From the NCBI GenBank assembly GCA_022821385.1, contig JAJEDR010000096.1, positions 27,609 to 91,608 on the forward strand: a stretch of DNA of 64,000 nt, read 5' to 3'. Each line of letters starts with the position of its first letter. The first letter of the stretch is position 1. Source of the DNA: Rhodothermales bacterium (lineage in GTDB: Bacteria > Bacteroidota > Rhodothermia > Rhodothermales > Bin80). The translations under genes were made by a program, and so were the position numbers. Positions 50,615-60,594 of the stretch are shown piece by piece. Under the pieces are notes generated by a model. The model was given only the letters and a program-made list of their open reading frames with translations. It did no database searches and had not been told where the DNA came from.

Positions 50615-51784
50615 ATGAGCAATACATCTAATCTTAGTGAAGAGGAACCCCCGAGGCAGCTGGCATTGGTGCTGACTGGCGGTGGTGCACGATCGGCCTA
50701 TCAGGCAGGAGTTGTGCACTTCATGCAGGAATTGGTACCGGAAATTACGTTTCCGATCATCACCGGAGTTTCTGCCGGGGCAATCAATGCTGCATTTCTT
50801 GCAGGACATCCTGGTCCGGGAAGTGCGGAAGCATTATTACACTGCTGGCAGAATATCAATCAGGACAAGGTCTACTTGCCTGAGTCTAGTGTAAGTTTGT
50901 TTCGGCGCATTCTGCGGCGTGTACGGCCTGGCAACGCCGTGATTCGTGTGGATGAAGGTGAAGCACTGCTCAATACACAACCGCTGCGCGGGTATTTGTC
51001 CGGACAGTTACCTGCCGCCCCAGACGGCACATTGCCACAGATTCGTGAGAATCTCGATAGTGGAAAATTATTGTCGGTTTGCATTACGACAACCAGCTTT
51101 ACCACAGGACAGTCTGTGAGCTGGGTGCAAGGGCGAGACATCGAAATGTGGCATCGCCCGAGTCGCATCGCGCACAAGACTGAGATCACGCTTGATCATG
51201 TGATGGCATCTTCGGCGTTGCCGCTGTTATTTCCTGCGGTAAAGCTCGGCGGAGCATGGCACGGGGACGGTGGTATTCGTTTGATTGCTCCGCTCGCGCC
51301 GGCATTGCACTTGGGAGCAACGGATATCATCTGTATTTCACCTAAATACCCACGCTCCCGGGAGGAAGCAGGCGAGCCAGCGATTATCGGATATCCGCCC
51401 GCAGCGCAGGTAATGGGTATTATGCTGAACGCCATTTTTTTGGATGCTTTTGATCACGATATACGAGTGGCCGAGAGGATAACTAAATTGGTCAGACGTA
51501 CGCCGCATGCCGAACGAAATGGAATGCGTCCGGTCAACATTCTTCTGATTGAGCCATCCAAGGACATCGGCAGGCTGGCAAGGGGACTGGAGGTTAGGAC
51601 GAAAGGCGTCCTGCGGTTACTTACGCGAGGGCTCGGAAGTGGGGATACACTGAGTCCAGACTGGCTCAGTGTGATGTTGTTTGATCCAGAGTTCATTAGC
51701 CGGGTGCTGGAACTGGGTTACGAAGACGGCAAGCGGCAATCTGCTACCATAGAAACATTTTTGGAGGAAGCTATTGATGTATAA
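50615..51784 (+). CDS. Patatin-like phospholipase
   Basis: LTGGGARSAYQAGV (oxyanion hole), GVSAGAINA (GxSxG) and GDGGIR (catalytic Asp). Confidence 0.85.
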   Translation: MSNTSNLSEEEPPRQLALVLTGGGARSAYQAGVVHFMQELVPEITFPIITGVSAGAINAAFLAGHPGPGSAEALLHCWQNINQDKVYLPESSVSLFRRILRRVRPGNAVIRVDEGEALLNTQPLRGYLSGQLPAAPDGTLPQIRENLDSGKLLSVCITTTSFTTGQSVSWVQGRDIEMWHRPSRIAHKTEITLDHVMASSALPLLFPAVKLGGAWHGDGGIRLIAPLAPALHLGATDIICISPKYPRSREEAGEPAIIGYPPAAQVMGIMLNAIFLDAFDHDIRVAERITKLVRRTPHAERNGMRPVNILLIEPSKDIGRLARGLEVRTKGVLRLLTRGLGSGDTLSPDWLSVMLFDPEFISRVLELGYEDGKRQSATIETFLEEAIDV

Positions 51785-54155
51785 ATGCAGTATTAGCATA
51801 ACATTGGGGTTGATCATGCTTCTGTGTCTGGCATGTCCACCGGAGATCAAAGCACAGATTCTACGTGGCCGTGTTGTTGATGCCAGCACCAATGAAACCC
51901 TCCCCGCGGCAACGGTGCAGATCGCAGGTACCTATAGAGGAACCATTACAAACCGCGAGGGGGTCTACGAAATAGCAGTGGATGGTTTGCCCGTTGATCT
52001 TGTGGTGCGGTATATCGGCTTCCGAACCGATACGCTTACTGCCCATACTGAAACTCCATTGGAGTTTCGGTTGCAGCCCGTGGCCATAGAGATGAGGCAG
52101 ATGGTAGTGACAGATGAAGATCCGGCTGTATCAATCATGCGCGAGGTGATTGAGCGCAAAAAAGTTTGGCAAAAGATGCTGAGCACATTTGAAGCTCAGG
52201 CATACTCACGTTACACGTTCTCCAATGACTCCGGTATTGTTGCTATTGTAGAATCTGCAGCTACGGCCTGGTGGGATAAGGATCGGGGAACCCGCGAAAA
52301 GATAACTGGAACGCGGAGCACGGGCAATGTACCCTTCGGAGATGCAATGCCTGCAGCACTGACCGTGTTGAATCTATACAATGACGACGTTGAAATTAGT
52401 GGCCATACACTCATTGGTGTCACGCATCCGGATGCACTGGATAAGTACGTTTTCACGTTGGAAGGGATGCGCAGTGTTGATGACGTACTGATCTACGACA
52501 TTGACGTCAAGCCAAAGTATAGACAGACCAGTGCATTCGTGGGCACAGTGTCCGTCATGGATGGGGTCTTTGCGCTAATTGAAGCTAGGTTGCGCCCAGG
52601 GCCGGCCTTTTTATTCCCATTTCCGATCAGGAGGTATGAGACCACCTATCTGCAGCAGTTTTCTAATTACGGTGGAGACATTTGGCTGCCCGTGGATTTG
52701 CGATCAAATACCGTTGTTGAAATCTCCTTCGGAGTATTGCTGAGTGTTCCACCTGTTTTTGTTGATCAGGTGTCTCGCTTCACGGATTACCAGTTGAATA
52801 TTGCGTTGGAAGACAGCCTGTTTGAGGAAGGTAGTTGGTTGCAGGTAGATTCATTAGCTGTGGCATCTGACGAAGGATTCCAGCGTGAGGGGGTTGTGGT
52901 TCCGCTTAATCCCGAAGAAACAATAGCGTATGCATCCATAGATAGTACTCACTCGCTCAGGGAAGCCTACGAGCTGCGCGGATCCTTGGGCCGAGCATTG
53001 AACAGGCGCGCCGAAATGGAAGAGCGACGCGCAGCTACGGATGATATTTTCAACTTTTTTTCCAATCTTGGGATAAAGCCGCGTTTGTGGTACAACCGGG
53101 TAGATGCTTTCCATGGAGGTGTAGGGTATGGCAAAGAATTCTCTCGCGAAGAATCCGACCAAACGTTTGCCATAGAAGTGGGTGCTGGTTTTAGCACTCG
53201 GCAAAAAGGAGCTGCGAAGGTTTCGTATGATGGAGCTGTTCGCTGGGAGAAAGATTGGTTCATCAATGTGGGATACCGCGCGGAAAATACTTTCACCTAT
53301 CAGTCCGCCAACAAAAGCAGACTGACTAACAGCAGTTTGATGCTCGGTGGGCAGGAAGATTACTTTGACTACTACCGACGGCAGGGAATATCAATCACGG
53401 GAGGCTATCAACTGCAAGCGCCTCGGGGCACGATATCGGCTACGTATCTGCATGAAATTCATTCACCGTTGACCGGTAACATCAGTTACGACTTGTTAGG
53501 CAGGCGTGAACTTCAGCGTCCAAATGCGACGGTTATGGAAGGTGAAATGCGGACACTCACGGTTGAGCTTAATTTTGGCAGCCCTCCGGTGATACTAATA
53601 GATCCATCAAAGTATCTGGGTATCAGTGCTGAGTTCTCAATGCCGCAATCGGATTTTGTTTTTCGTCGGTACTATCTGAGAGCAGGCGGCCGCGTAACTA
53701 CATTTTTGCGGAGACGGTTTATACCGGCAACCCTTGATTACGGCATTTCAGTGGGCTTGGCTTCCGATGGTGGCCGGACTCTGCCGCTGCAGCGATCGTT
53801 TATTGTCGAGGGAAGCACTACGGGTTACCACTGGGATGGTTCATTGCATACCCTTCAGGGACTTCCGTATCAAGGCAACGGAATAGTTTTTGGATACTGG
53901 GAGCATAACTTTCGTACGCTGCCGTTTGAACTGCTGGGGTTGTCGTCAATGGCAAATAGTGGCTACAATGTATCAATTTTCGGTGGGCATGCTTTTGTTC
54001 GAGGGTCGGGAATGTCGAGGCACAGTTGGCGTCGTCATAATGAGTTAGGCGTATCACTGAGTGGAATATTTGGCTTAATGCGTGTGGATTTAGCCTATCA
54101 CATTGAGGAAAAACGTTTCCCATATCCGACGTTTGGTGTAGCGCGCCTCTTTTGA
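51774..54155 (+). CDS. CarboxypepD_reg-like + DUF5686 outer-membrane protein, paralogue 1
   Basis: Signal peptide, then ILRGRVVDASTNETLPAATVQIAGTYRGTITNREGVYEI. About 790 aa, with the beta-rich C-terminal architecture typical of Bacteroidota DUF5686 proteins. Confidence 0.7.
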   Translation: MMYKCSISITLGLIMLLCLACPPEIKAQILRGRVVDASTNETLPAATVQIAGTYRGTITNREGVYEIAVDGLPVDLVVRYIGFRTDTLTAHTETPLEFRLQPVAIEMRQMVVTDEDPAVSIMREVIERKKVWQKMLSTFEAQAYSRYTFSNDSGIVAIVESAATAWWDKDRGTREKITGTRSTGNVPFGDAMPAALTVLNLYNDDVEISGHTLIGVTHPDALDKYVFTLEGMRSVDDVLIYDIDVKPKYRQTSAFVGTVSVMDGVFALIEARLRPGPAFLFPFPIRRYETTYLQQFSNYGGDIWLPVDLRSNTVVEISFGVLLSVPPVFVDQVSRFTDYQLNIALEDSLFEEGSWLQVDSLAVASDEGFQREGVVVPLNPEETIAYASIDSTHSLREAYELRGSLGRALNRRAEMEERRAATDDIFNFFSNLGIKPRLWYNRVDAFHGGVGYGKEFSREESDQTFAIEVGAGFSTRQKGAAKVSYDGAVRWEKDWFINVGYRAENTFTYQSANKSRLTNSSLMLGGQEDYFDYYRRQGISITGGYQLQAPRGTISATYLHEIHSPLTGNISYDLLGRRELQRPNATVMEGEMRTLTVELNFGSPPVILIDPSKYLGISAEFSMPQSDFVFRRYYLRAGGRVTTFLRRRFIPATLDYGISVGLASDGGRTLPLQRSFIVEGSTTGYHWDGSLHTLQGLPYQGNGIVFGYWEHNFRTLPFELLGLSSMANSGYNVSIFGGHAFVRGSGMSRHSWRRHNELGVSLSGIFGLMRVDLAYHIEEKRFPYPTFGVARLF

Positions 54156-56522
54156 TTGTCGCAAGGAATGACGGCCAGCTCCCGATTGACTGAGGCGCAC
54201 TCTGGGCTGTTAGACAGGCGGTCGGTCTTGTGGTGGCTACCAGTTGTTTTGAGCGTTATTGTTATCCAGTTGTGTACGCAGCGGGCATCGGGACAGGTGC
54301 TTGTTACGGGATCGGTGCGAGATTCTGTCACGCTATTGCCTCTAATCTCGGCACATGTTGTCCTGGACGGTGCTGCCGAGGGCACGATCACAAATCGGGA
54401 CGGTGCTTTCGAGATCACGCTTCCCGGTTTGCCAGCCACTTTGATTTTTCGGCATATCGGCTATAGTCCTGTGCAGGTAACACTGGGGCCGGATGATCCG
54501 CGGGTCATTAACGTGAATCTGGAGCCAGCGGCTATTCCTTTGCCTGAAGTTTTGGTAACAGGAGATAATTTGGCCGCTGGTATCATGGAGAGGGTCATTC
54601 GCCGTAAGCTCGCCCGTCGAACCCATCTGGAATCCTACGGTGCTCGGATGTATTCCAGGATAACGTTGCGACACCGCGAAAGGATCGTCCTGATAAGTGA
54701 AGCCGTCCTTGATAGAATTGCGACCAGTCAGGCCGGAACCCGGGACATCATACGGTCAATGCGTTCTACATCGGATTTTTTTGAACAGCTGGGTCTAACC
54801 CCGGCGCCTCAGGATTTTTCTTCGGATCACGTACGGATAAATGGATTGATTTTTTTCGGGCCCACACATCCAGATGCGCTGGATCACTACAATTTTACGC
54901 TCGCGGGGCGTCGCCGCTGGGGTGATCAGCAGCTCTACGATATCTACCTTGCTCCGAAAAACAATCAGGAAGCCACGCTTATTGGGCGAATTTCTGTGTT
55001 GGATAGTGTTTACGCGCTGGCAGAGGTTGATGTGAGGCCAGCTTCTCATGTGGTTTTCTCTCCTGATACCCGGACTTGGAGGGTCGCTTACCGTCAGAAT
55101 TTTGCCCCGGCGGATTCATTTTGGCTGCCCATAGACTTTCGCATGGAAGGTCGTATTCATGTGGAACCGGAGGGCGAGGCGACCAGCCCCGCTATGGTGC
55201 GGCAAGTTGCGAGACTCATGAACTATCAGATCAACCAGGCTGTACCCGCTGCGCCATTCACGCGTCAAGAGCAGTTACAGGTGGATTCAGTTTCTGTCTT
55301 TCGGGATGATCTGTTCTTGATGGGATTGGACATGGTTGCCTTGACGGCTCAAGAATTGGATGTGATTGATGACCTGCTTCGAGAGCGACCGTTGACCCTG
55401 CGTCAGGCGCTACCGGCTACAGCCTCGGTTCGCGGTGCAGAAATGGAGGCACGCAGCTTTCATCTGGGGGATCGCCCCCAGTTTGTTTGGCCACTTATCG
55501 GAGGTTTTGCACCATGGCTGCGCTACAATCGGGTGGACGGCACTCTCGTGGGAGTTGGCAAGGCATTTCCCATAGGAGAGCGTGCAGAACTGGCTGCCCG
55601 TATAGGAAAGTCTTTGGGATATGATCACACACGCGTGTCTGTTGCGCTGCGTAATCAACTGACCAATGTTTTGGAAACGTCCGTAATACTTGAGCGGGAT
55701 ATGCAACCGCAAAATGGTACATTAATTCACACGGAGGCTACAAATTCGTTGTCAGCCAGGTTACTGGCCCGGGATTACTTTGACTGGTACTGGGCCACGA
55801 GGGTGCGTTTGAACGCAAGTTACGAGGCGCATGGGATCAGGGCGAGGATTTCCGGGACGTACGCCGTTATTGATTCCGTTCAGACTCAGGTGAGGAGACC
55901 TTGGCCACATAAACGGGAGTTTCCTGCAAATTCCTTGATCATTCCGGGGCACCATAAGTCCATTGAGCTCCGGGTTTCCACCGGTAGCGATTGGCAGCCG
56001 TATCACATAGATCCACAGCAAAGGGTTGAGGTCAGGATTCAGTATGGCGATGCTCCCCAAAACCGTCAATATCTGAGAGGAACCCTGTTTGCGGATGGGT
56101 ACGTGCGAACGCTGATGCGCCGCCGCCCGCAGTCCGCCGGAATGTCGGTGCGCGTGCTGGCTGGATTCGCTACATCTAGGGCTCCTATTGAGCAATGGCA
56201 TGTGGCAGAGGGTAGTATGGGTCCGATCGGCGCACTCGGTACGCTCCGCACCGTCCGCAACCGTCGTTTAATTGGGCGTCATGTTGCAGGCATACATTGG
56301 GAACACGATTTTCGCAGTCTACTGTTTGAATTGCTTCGTGTCAGGCCACTTGTAGGTCAAAAGGTCAGTACCCGCTTTGGGGCCGCACATGTGTATGTTA
56401 ATGACGAATGGATCCATGAAATCACTTTGAGTATTGCACGAGCTCCGTTACGTGTGGATCTCAGTCGCAGAATTAACCAACCTGGACTGTTTGTCAGTAT
56501 TGGTTTGGCAGGGCGTCGGTAG
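54156..56522 (+). CDS. CarboxypepD_reg-like + DUF5686 outer-membrane protein, paralogue 2
   Basis: VLVTGSVRDSVTLLPLISAHVVLDGAAEGTITNRDGAFEI. It is collinear with paralogue 1 (shared blocks such as GPTHPDALD.YNFTL, YD...KPK, W.P.D). The track start is a TTG immediately after the previous stop; an ATG lies at 54168. Confidence 0.7.
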   Translation: MSQGMTASSRLTEAHSGLLDRRSVLWWLPVVLSVIVIQLCTQRASGQVLVTGSVRDSVTLLPLISAHVVLDGAAEGTITNRDGAFEITLPGLPATLIFRHIGYSPVQVTLGPDDPRVINVNLEPAAIPLPEVLVTGDNLAAGIMERVIRRKLARRTHLESYGARMYSRITLRHRERIVLISEAVLDRIATSQAGTRDIIRSMRSTSDFFEQLGLTPAPQDFSSDHVRINGLIFFGPTHPDALDHYNFTLAGRRRWGDQQLYDIYLAPKNNQEATLIGRISVLDSVYALAEVDVRPASHVVFSPDTRTWRVAYRQNFAPADSFWLPIDFRMEGRIHVEPEGEATSPAMVRQVARLMNYQINQAVPAAPFTRQEQLQVDSVSVFRDDLFLMGLDMVALTAQELDVIDDLLRERPLTLRQALPATASVRGAEMEARSFHLGDRPQFVWPLIGGFAPWLRYNRVDGTLVGVGKAFPIGERAELAARIGKSLGYDHTRVSVALRNQLTNVLETSVILERDMQPQNGTLIHTEATNSLSARLLARDYFDWYWATRVRLNASYEAHGIRARISGTYAVIDSVQTQVRRPWPHKREFPANSLIIPGHHKSIELRVSTGSDWQPYHIDPQQRVEVRIQYGDAPQNRQYLRGTLFADGYVRTLMRRRPQSAGMSVRVLAGFATSRAPIEQWHVAEGSMGPIGALGTLRTVRNRRLIGRHVAGIHWEHDFRSLLFELLRVRPLVGQKVSTRFGAAHVYVNDEWIHEITLSIARAPLRVDLSRRINQPGLFVSIGLAGRR

Positions 56523-56545
56523 CATGGATTGTACACTGAATTCTC

Positions 56546-57211
56546 ATGTGGCTTTTCGAGGACAATCATTTATTGACGCTTAATAAACCGGCGGGTCTAC
56601 TCTCGCAGGCCGACATTACCGGAGATCCAGACGTGGTAACGCTAGCTCGTGCCTACCTGAAAAAGAAGTACAATAAACCGGGCAATGTCTACATTGGATT
56701 GGTTCATCGCCTGGATCGTCCGGTATCAGGTGCTATGGTGCTTGCGAGAACATCCAAGGCGGCACGACGCTTGAGTCAAGCATTCCGCGATCGTCGGGTA
56801 TCAAAGGAATACATCGTTGTTGTGGAGGGCTTGATTGAAGGGAGCGGTGTAATGGAAGACTATCTGCACAAGGAGGCGGGGCGAGCACATGTTGTCCAGG
56901 ACGAACGATCTGGAAAGTATTCAAGTCTGCGTTGGAGGGCACTGAACAGTGATGGGATTTTTACATCTGTAGGCGTGGAGCTGATCACGGGCCGTGCTCA
57001 TCAAGTTCGGTGTCAGTTTTCTGCTCGGGGTTTCCCTGTATTGGGAGATGTGCGTTACGGTGCACGTCACCGTTTTGACGGGCGAAACATTGCGTTACAT
57101 TGTTGCCGGTTGGCTTTTGAGCACCCGGTAGCTCGGGTGCCTGTGGAAGTGAATGCTGCGTTCCCCGAGAGTTGGTCGACTAAGCTTCTGAATCTCATAG
57201 AGACTGACTAG
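56546..57211 (+). CDS. RluA-family pseudouridine synthase
   Basis: FEDNHLLTLNKPAGLLSQ, VHRLDRPVSGAMVLA (catalytic Asp), ITGRAHQVRCQF, ALHCCRLAFEHP; 221 aa. Confidence 0.85.
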   Translation: MWLFEDNHLLTLNKPAGLLSQADITGDPDVVTLARAYLKKKYNKPGNVYIGLVHRLDRPVSGAMVLARTSKAARRLSQAFRDRRVSKEYIVVVEGLIEGSGVMEDYLHKEAGRAHVVQDERSGKYSSLRWRALNSDGIFTSVGVELITGRAHQVRCQFSARGFPVLGDVRYGARHRFDGRNIALHCCRLAFEHPVARVPVEVNAAFPESWSTKLLNLIETD

Positions 57212-57294
57212 GAAGAGTCGGTGGAGATTCGAACCGTCCCTGGGCGCCGAATTCTACCAAAGGCCTACAATCTTCATTGGTCTTGGCGCCTTTC

Positions 57295-58460
57295 TTCGTA
57301 CTTCAGTTCTCGTACTGCACGCTGCGCTGGAGACCTGCGGGACAAAACGTCGAACGGTAGGAGAACGAGTCTCAGGTCGTCGAAAAATCGAACGTCCCGT
57401 GGATCGGCAAAGGTCTGGGATAGACTAGAGCCACGGTTTGGCACTTGCCCCGTTTTCCATAGGCGTGGGGCTGGCACAGGTCGCCGTTGTCGATGTTACC
57501 AATCAATCTGTTTTCGTTATTGCCGGTGTGTTCCATTTTGCATCAAGGATGAACCGAAGCATGCGCGAGTCGGTGCCTGCGCACTTCCATCTGCGGCAGC
57601 ATAAGTGCAAACAAAGCACGGTGCCACTCAAATGGTCATAAACGCCACTTTAATGGAAGGTCAGTGATTGGTCCAGATCCTGCAACAACCGCAAGGCTGC
57701 CGAGCAGTTCAACGACTGTAACTGGGTGTGAATTTGCACCAGCGCCGCGCGGGCCAATGCCAGATCTGGAAGAGCAAGGGCGCGGGTGATTGCGCCTTAG
57801 ATTGGCCGTTGTTCCGCGGCGGCAAGATTGCTGACCAATCTTGCAGGCTTGTGCATCTGACAATGTTGCAGTCGGATCTGTGACCCAATGCATTCGGTCA
57901 GGATCCGGGAAAGGCTCGCTGTTCGCGGTGTGATACAAAGCAGGCCCCTATCGGGAAACTGCCAACGATCCAGCAGCACTTGAAACAGTCCGCACAGCGA
58001 AGGAAGGATTTGGACAGAGGATTCCACGACTCCCAACACATGCCGAAGGCCCTCTAAGCTGGCCCCACGTACAAAAGAAGCAGACGCCCGGATAACGGGT
58101 GCCGGGCCACTAAACTACCGGTATCTAAGGCACTTTGCTACGGGGTGTCTAAGCCGCACTCAACGCCATCCGTGTGCAGCGATGGTGTCTTCTGCCCACC
58201 TATGGCACAGTGTGGATTCCGTACAACTAGTCTACTACTCGTGGATGGGATTTGCCGGCTCTGCCAGCCCTAGTCTCTGGCTGGGAAATTTGTCTGGATG
58301 GAATTCCTACGTGCGCAGGATCCGCTCGACGAGGCGCCGGAGACTAGAACGTACTTTCTCCCGGAATGTCCAGTTAATTGTGACATTGGCGTGCGCGGTT
58401 TTGACAGCTCGCGGGCAATTCACATTGCAAGCTGAACTCGCCCGCCCGCACCACAAGCCC
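57295..58460 (-). pseudogene. mcrC: Decayed full-length mcrC paralogue with multiple frameshifts and stops (approximate ends)
   Basis: Minus-strand fragments align along the whole intact McrC (60595..61842). Relic RFILDAKW and GNNENRLIGNIDNGDLCQPHAYGKRGKCQTVALVYP match intact RFILDAKWKHIGENGNESIDNINSSDLYQLYAYGKRYECQTVALVYP. Relic DQSLTFH*SGVYDHL matches NQSLLFPMEQVYEQF. Relic LFQVLLDRWQ matches LIRAALDRLK. Relic TINWTFREKVRSSLRRLVERILRT matches TILEHKEFPKLDKHDLRELESLHHRT. Confidence 0.75.
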
Positions 58461-58475
58461 CAACGTGGTTCGCTC

Positions 58476-59879
58476 CTACGAGTCTTTGCCAAATACTTCT
58501 GCCAAGACTTCTAGCAGTTTGCCATCTCGCAGTTCATCGTCGACGGCAATAATCTTGCCCTCCCCATCGACGAGAATTGGACGCGGATATCCGTCAATTT
58601 CAAATGCTCTCTTCACGGCATTATGGCGTGCACCACTAACGATTGTATGCATCCAGGGCATGGAATATCGATCCTTACGGAATGCCTCAATCGCCTCTTT
58701 CTCGTCCCGCATGGCTACGCTCAATATCTGGAAGCCAGCCTCGCGGTATTTGTCATACGCGTCTTGAATTTCAGGGATCTCCCTAATGCAGGGAGCGCAC
58801 CATGTCCCCCAGAAATCAATGAGATAGGTAGTGCCGAGGAGTCGCCTATTGGTGTAAATTTCCTTACGGTCGTCGAGTGAAACAAACCGAAACTTTGGAA
58901 CGGGTTTGCCAAACTGCACCTTTCGCTTTTCGTCAAAATCTCGTCGCGCCCGGGCGGCATTGTTGGTACGACGGTGTTCGGTCTGCAACTGGTTGTAATA
59001 GCGCCATTTCAATTCTTCGTCTCCGGCGCGGTCGGCCTCGTACAGCCCCACGCCCAAAAACTGCTCACGGACTTCCGGATTAGGATGGTCATCGATTACA
59101 CGCTGTATGTATTCGGCAACTTCCTCGGGACTGTCCGCATTGTTGGAGATAATGCTTATGAGGTTTGAGGCTCCGAAAGTGAACCAGGCCTCGAACGTCC
59201 AAAGGGATGATGTCGGAGGCACTGTCTGAAGGGTTTCGAGAGCAAGGTGTTGAAACTGCCCTAGAGGCCTCAACTCGTCGAAGAACCGAAGCAGTAGCCA
59301 CTGTCGAAGCAAGGGTTGGTTCTCAGTCTCAATACGTTCGAGAATGGGCGCCCTTTCCTGGTCCACAAGTGTCCGGTACTGTGTGGTTACGGAGCGTACC
59401 TCCCAATTCAACTCGATCGTCGTAGCATCTCTTATACGGGCAATTCGGCGCTTTCTTGCCTCCACATCGAGATATATCGCCACAATTTCACCCACGGTGG
59501 CAGGGTAGGATGTGACCTCGGGCAACTGATCATCCTCGGCTTCACTGGCTGTGAGGCCTATGTCCAGTTGTACAGGCTGACGAGATGTCAGGACAAGCGG
59601 TACCTCAATGGTTTCGTGACGCCGGCCCCGTGCCGTAAGCGCGTATCCGCCGGGTTCACGTAGGGCAAGGGTATACCGTCCGTCAGTATCAGCGGTGGCC
59701 CTGGCAATTACTTTGCCAGAACTTCTTTCCACCTTAATGCGTGCGTGCCGCATCGGCTGGCCGTCGGAACCGAGCAATGTACCGCCGACCGTTATTTGAT
59801 CGCCCGACTGGCATGCCCCGCCCGCCAAGAACAAGGCACCGAGAACAACCATGGATATCCGCACAGCAGAGTCCGTCAT
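58476..59879 (-). CDS. Lipoprotein with a CarboxypepD_reg-like N-domain and a C-terminal TlpA/redoxin-type thioredoxin domain
   Basis: Lipobox LFLAGGAC, then VGGTLLGSDGQPMRHARIKV...DTDGRYTL. C-terminal domain: TYLIDFWGTWCAPCIREIPEIQDAYDKYREAGFQILSV (WCxxC). Confidence 0.8.
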   Translation of the reverse strand: MTDSAVRISMVVLGALFLAGGACQSGDQITVGGTLLGSDGQPMRHARIKVERSSGKVIARATADTDGRYTLALREPGGYALTARGRRHETIEVPLVLTSRQPVQLDIGLTASEAEDDQLPEVTSYPATVGEIVAIYLDVEARKRRIARIRDATTIELNWEVRSVTTQYRTLVDQERAPILERIETENQPLLRQWLLLRFFDELRPLGQFQHLALETLQTVPPTSSLWTFEAWFTFGASNLISIISNNADSPEEVAEYIQRVIDDHPNPEVREQFLGVGLYEADRAGDEELKWRYYNQLQTEHRRTNNAARARRDFDEKRKVQFGKPVPKFRFVSLDDRKEIYTNRRLLGTTYLIDFWGTWCAPCIREIPEIQDAYDKYREAGFQILSVAMRDEKEAIEAFRKDRYSMPWMHTIVSGARHNAVKRAFEIDGYPRPILVDGEGKIIAVDDELRDGKLLEVLAEVFGKDS

Positions 59880-60594
59880 CGTGATCTCAATCTAGTCGCC
59901 AGCGGCACGGGTAAGCTTCGAGCGGTGGCAGAACTGGGCGTTAGCTCGCGGAGCGAGGCATTGTTGCATTGTGAGTTGAAACTCTTTATTTCTATGGGCT
60001 ACTCATCAATACAACTTCAGCTTTTACGGCTTGTTCAAGTGAGGTATTCTGCAGTGCCGCCAATTGATTGGTTTGTTTAACTTTGTGCGCCCCCTTTCCG
60101 CTTCAACCAGTGCCATCGCAACCCAGCGACGGCATTGATTCGAATTGACCGTTGATGAGGCGGTTTGAATTTCAGGCGCGTCTGAAAGTGTAGCCAAATC
60201 GGTTTCTGATCCATCAAGCGTCCAAGCCGCTTTTATGCTTGTTTTCAGTTCAAGGAATGCAAGAAGTTTCCCGAATTCAATCGCTGTTAAGTTGCCCTTT
60301 GTTTCGTCGAAAGGACGCTATCCACCCAATAGGCCATGAGATCAGTTTCCAGGCGAGCGCCGTGTTCTATTGCAAATCCAATTTGCTTTAACCGGTGGTC
60401 AACAGCAATTCCAGCAATCCAAAGACTGTCCAGCGAACGGTTTGCGACCGTGAAAGGAGCAATTGAAAGTGAGCTGTCAAGAGATGGTCGGACAAACTTT
60501 TGAATCTAATCGAAAGGGACTAGGGAGACGTGGTTGGGGCTCGAAACTACTCCCGAGTATGTCCTGTATTTGAGGAATGTAGTCTCGACACTCG

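Noticed and set aside
57212-57290. GGTTCGAATC (minus-strand reading) that looks like a tRNA T-loop just after rluA, as might mark an att site
   Set aside because: The flanking bases do not form T or acceptor stems. The segment is instead homologous to the 3' UTR of the intact mcrC (60525-60594).
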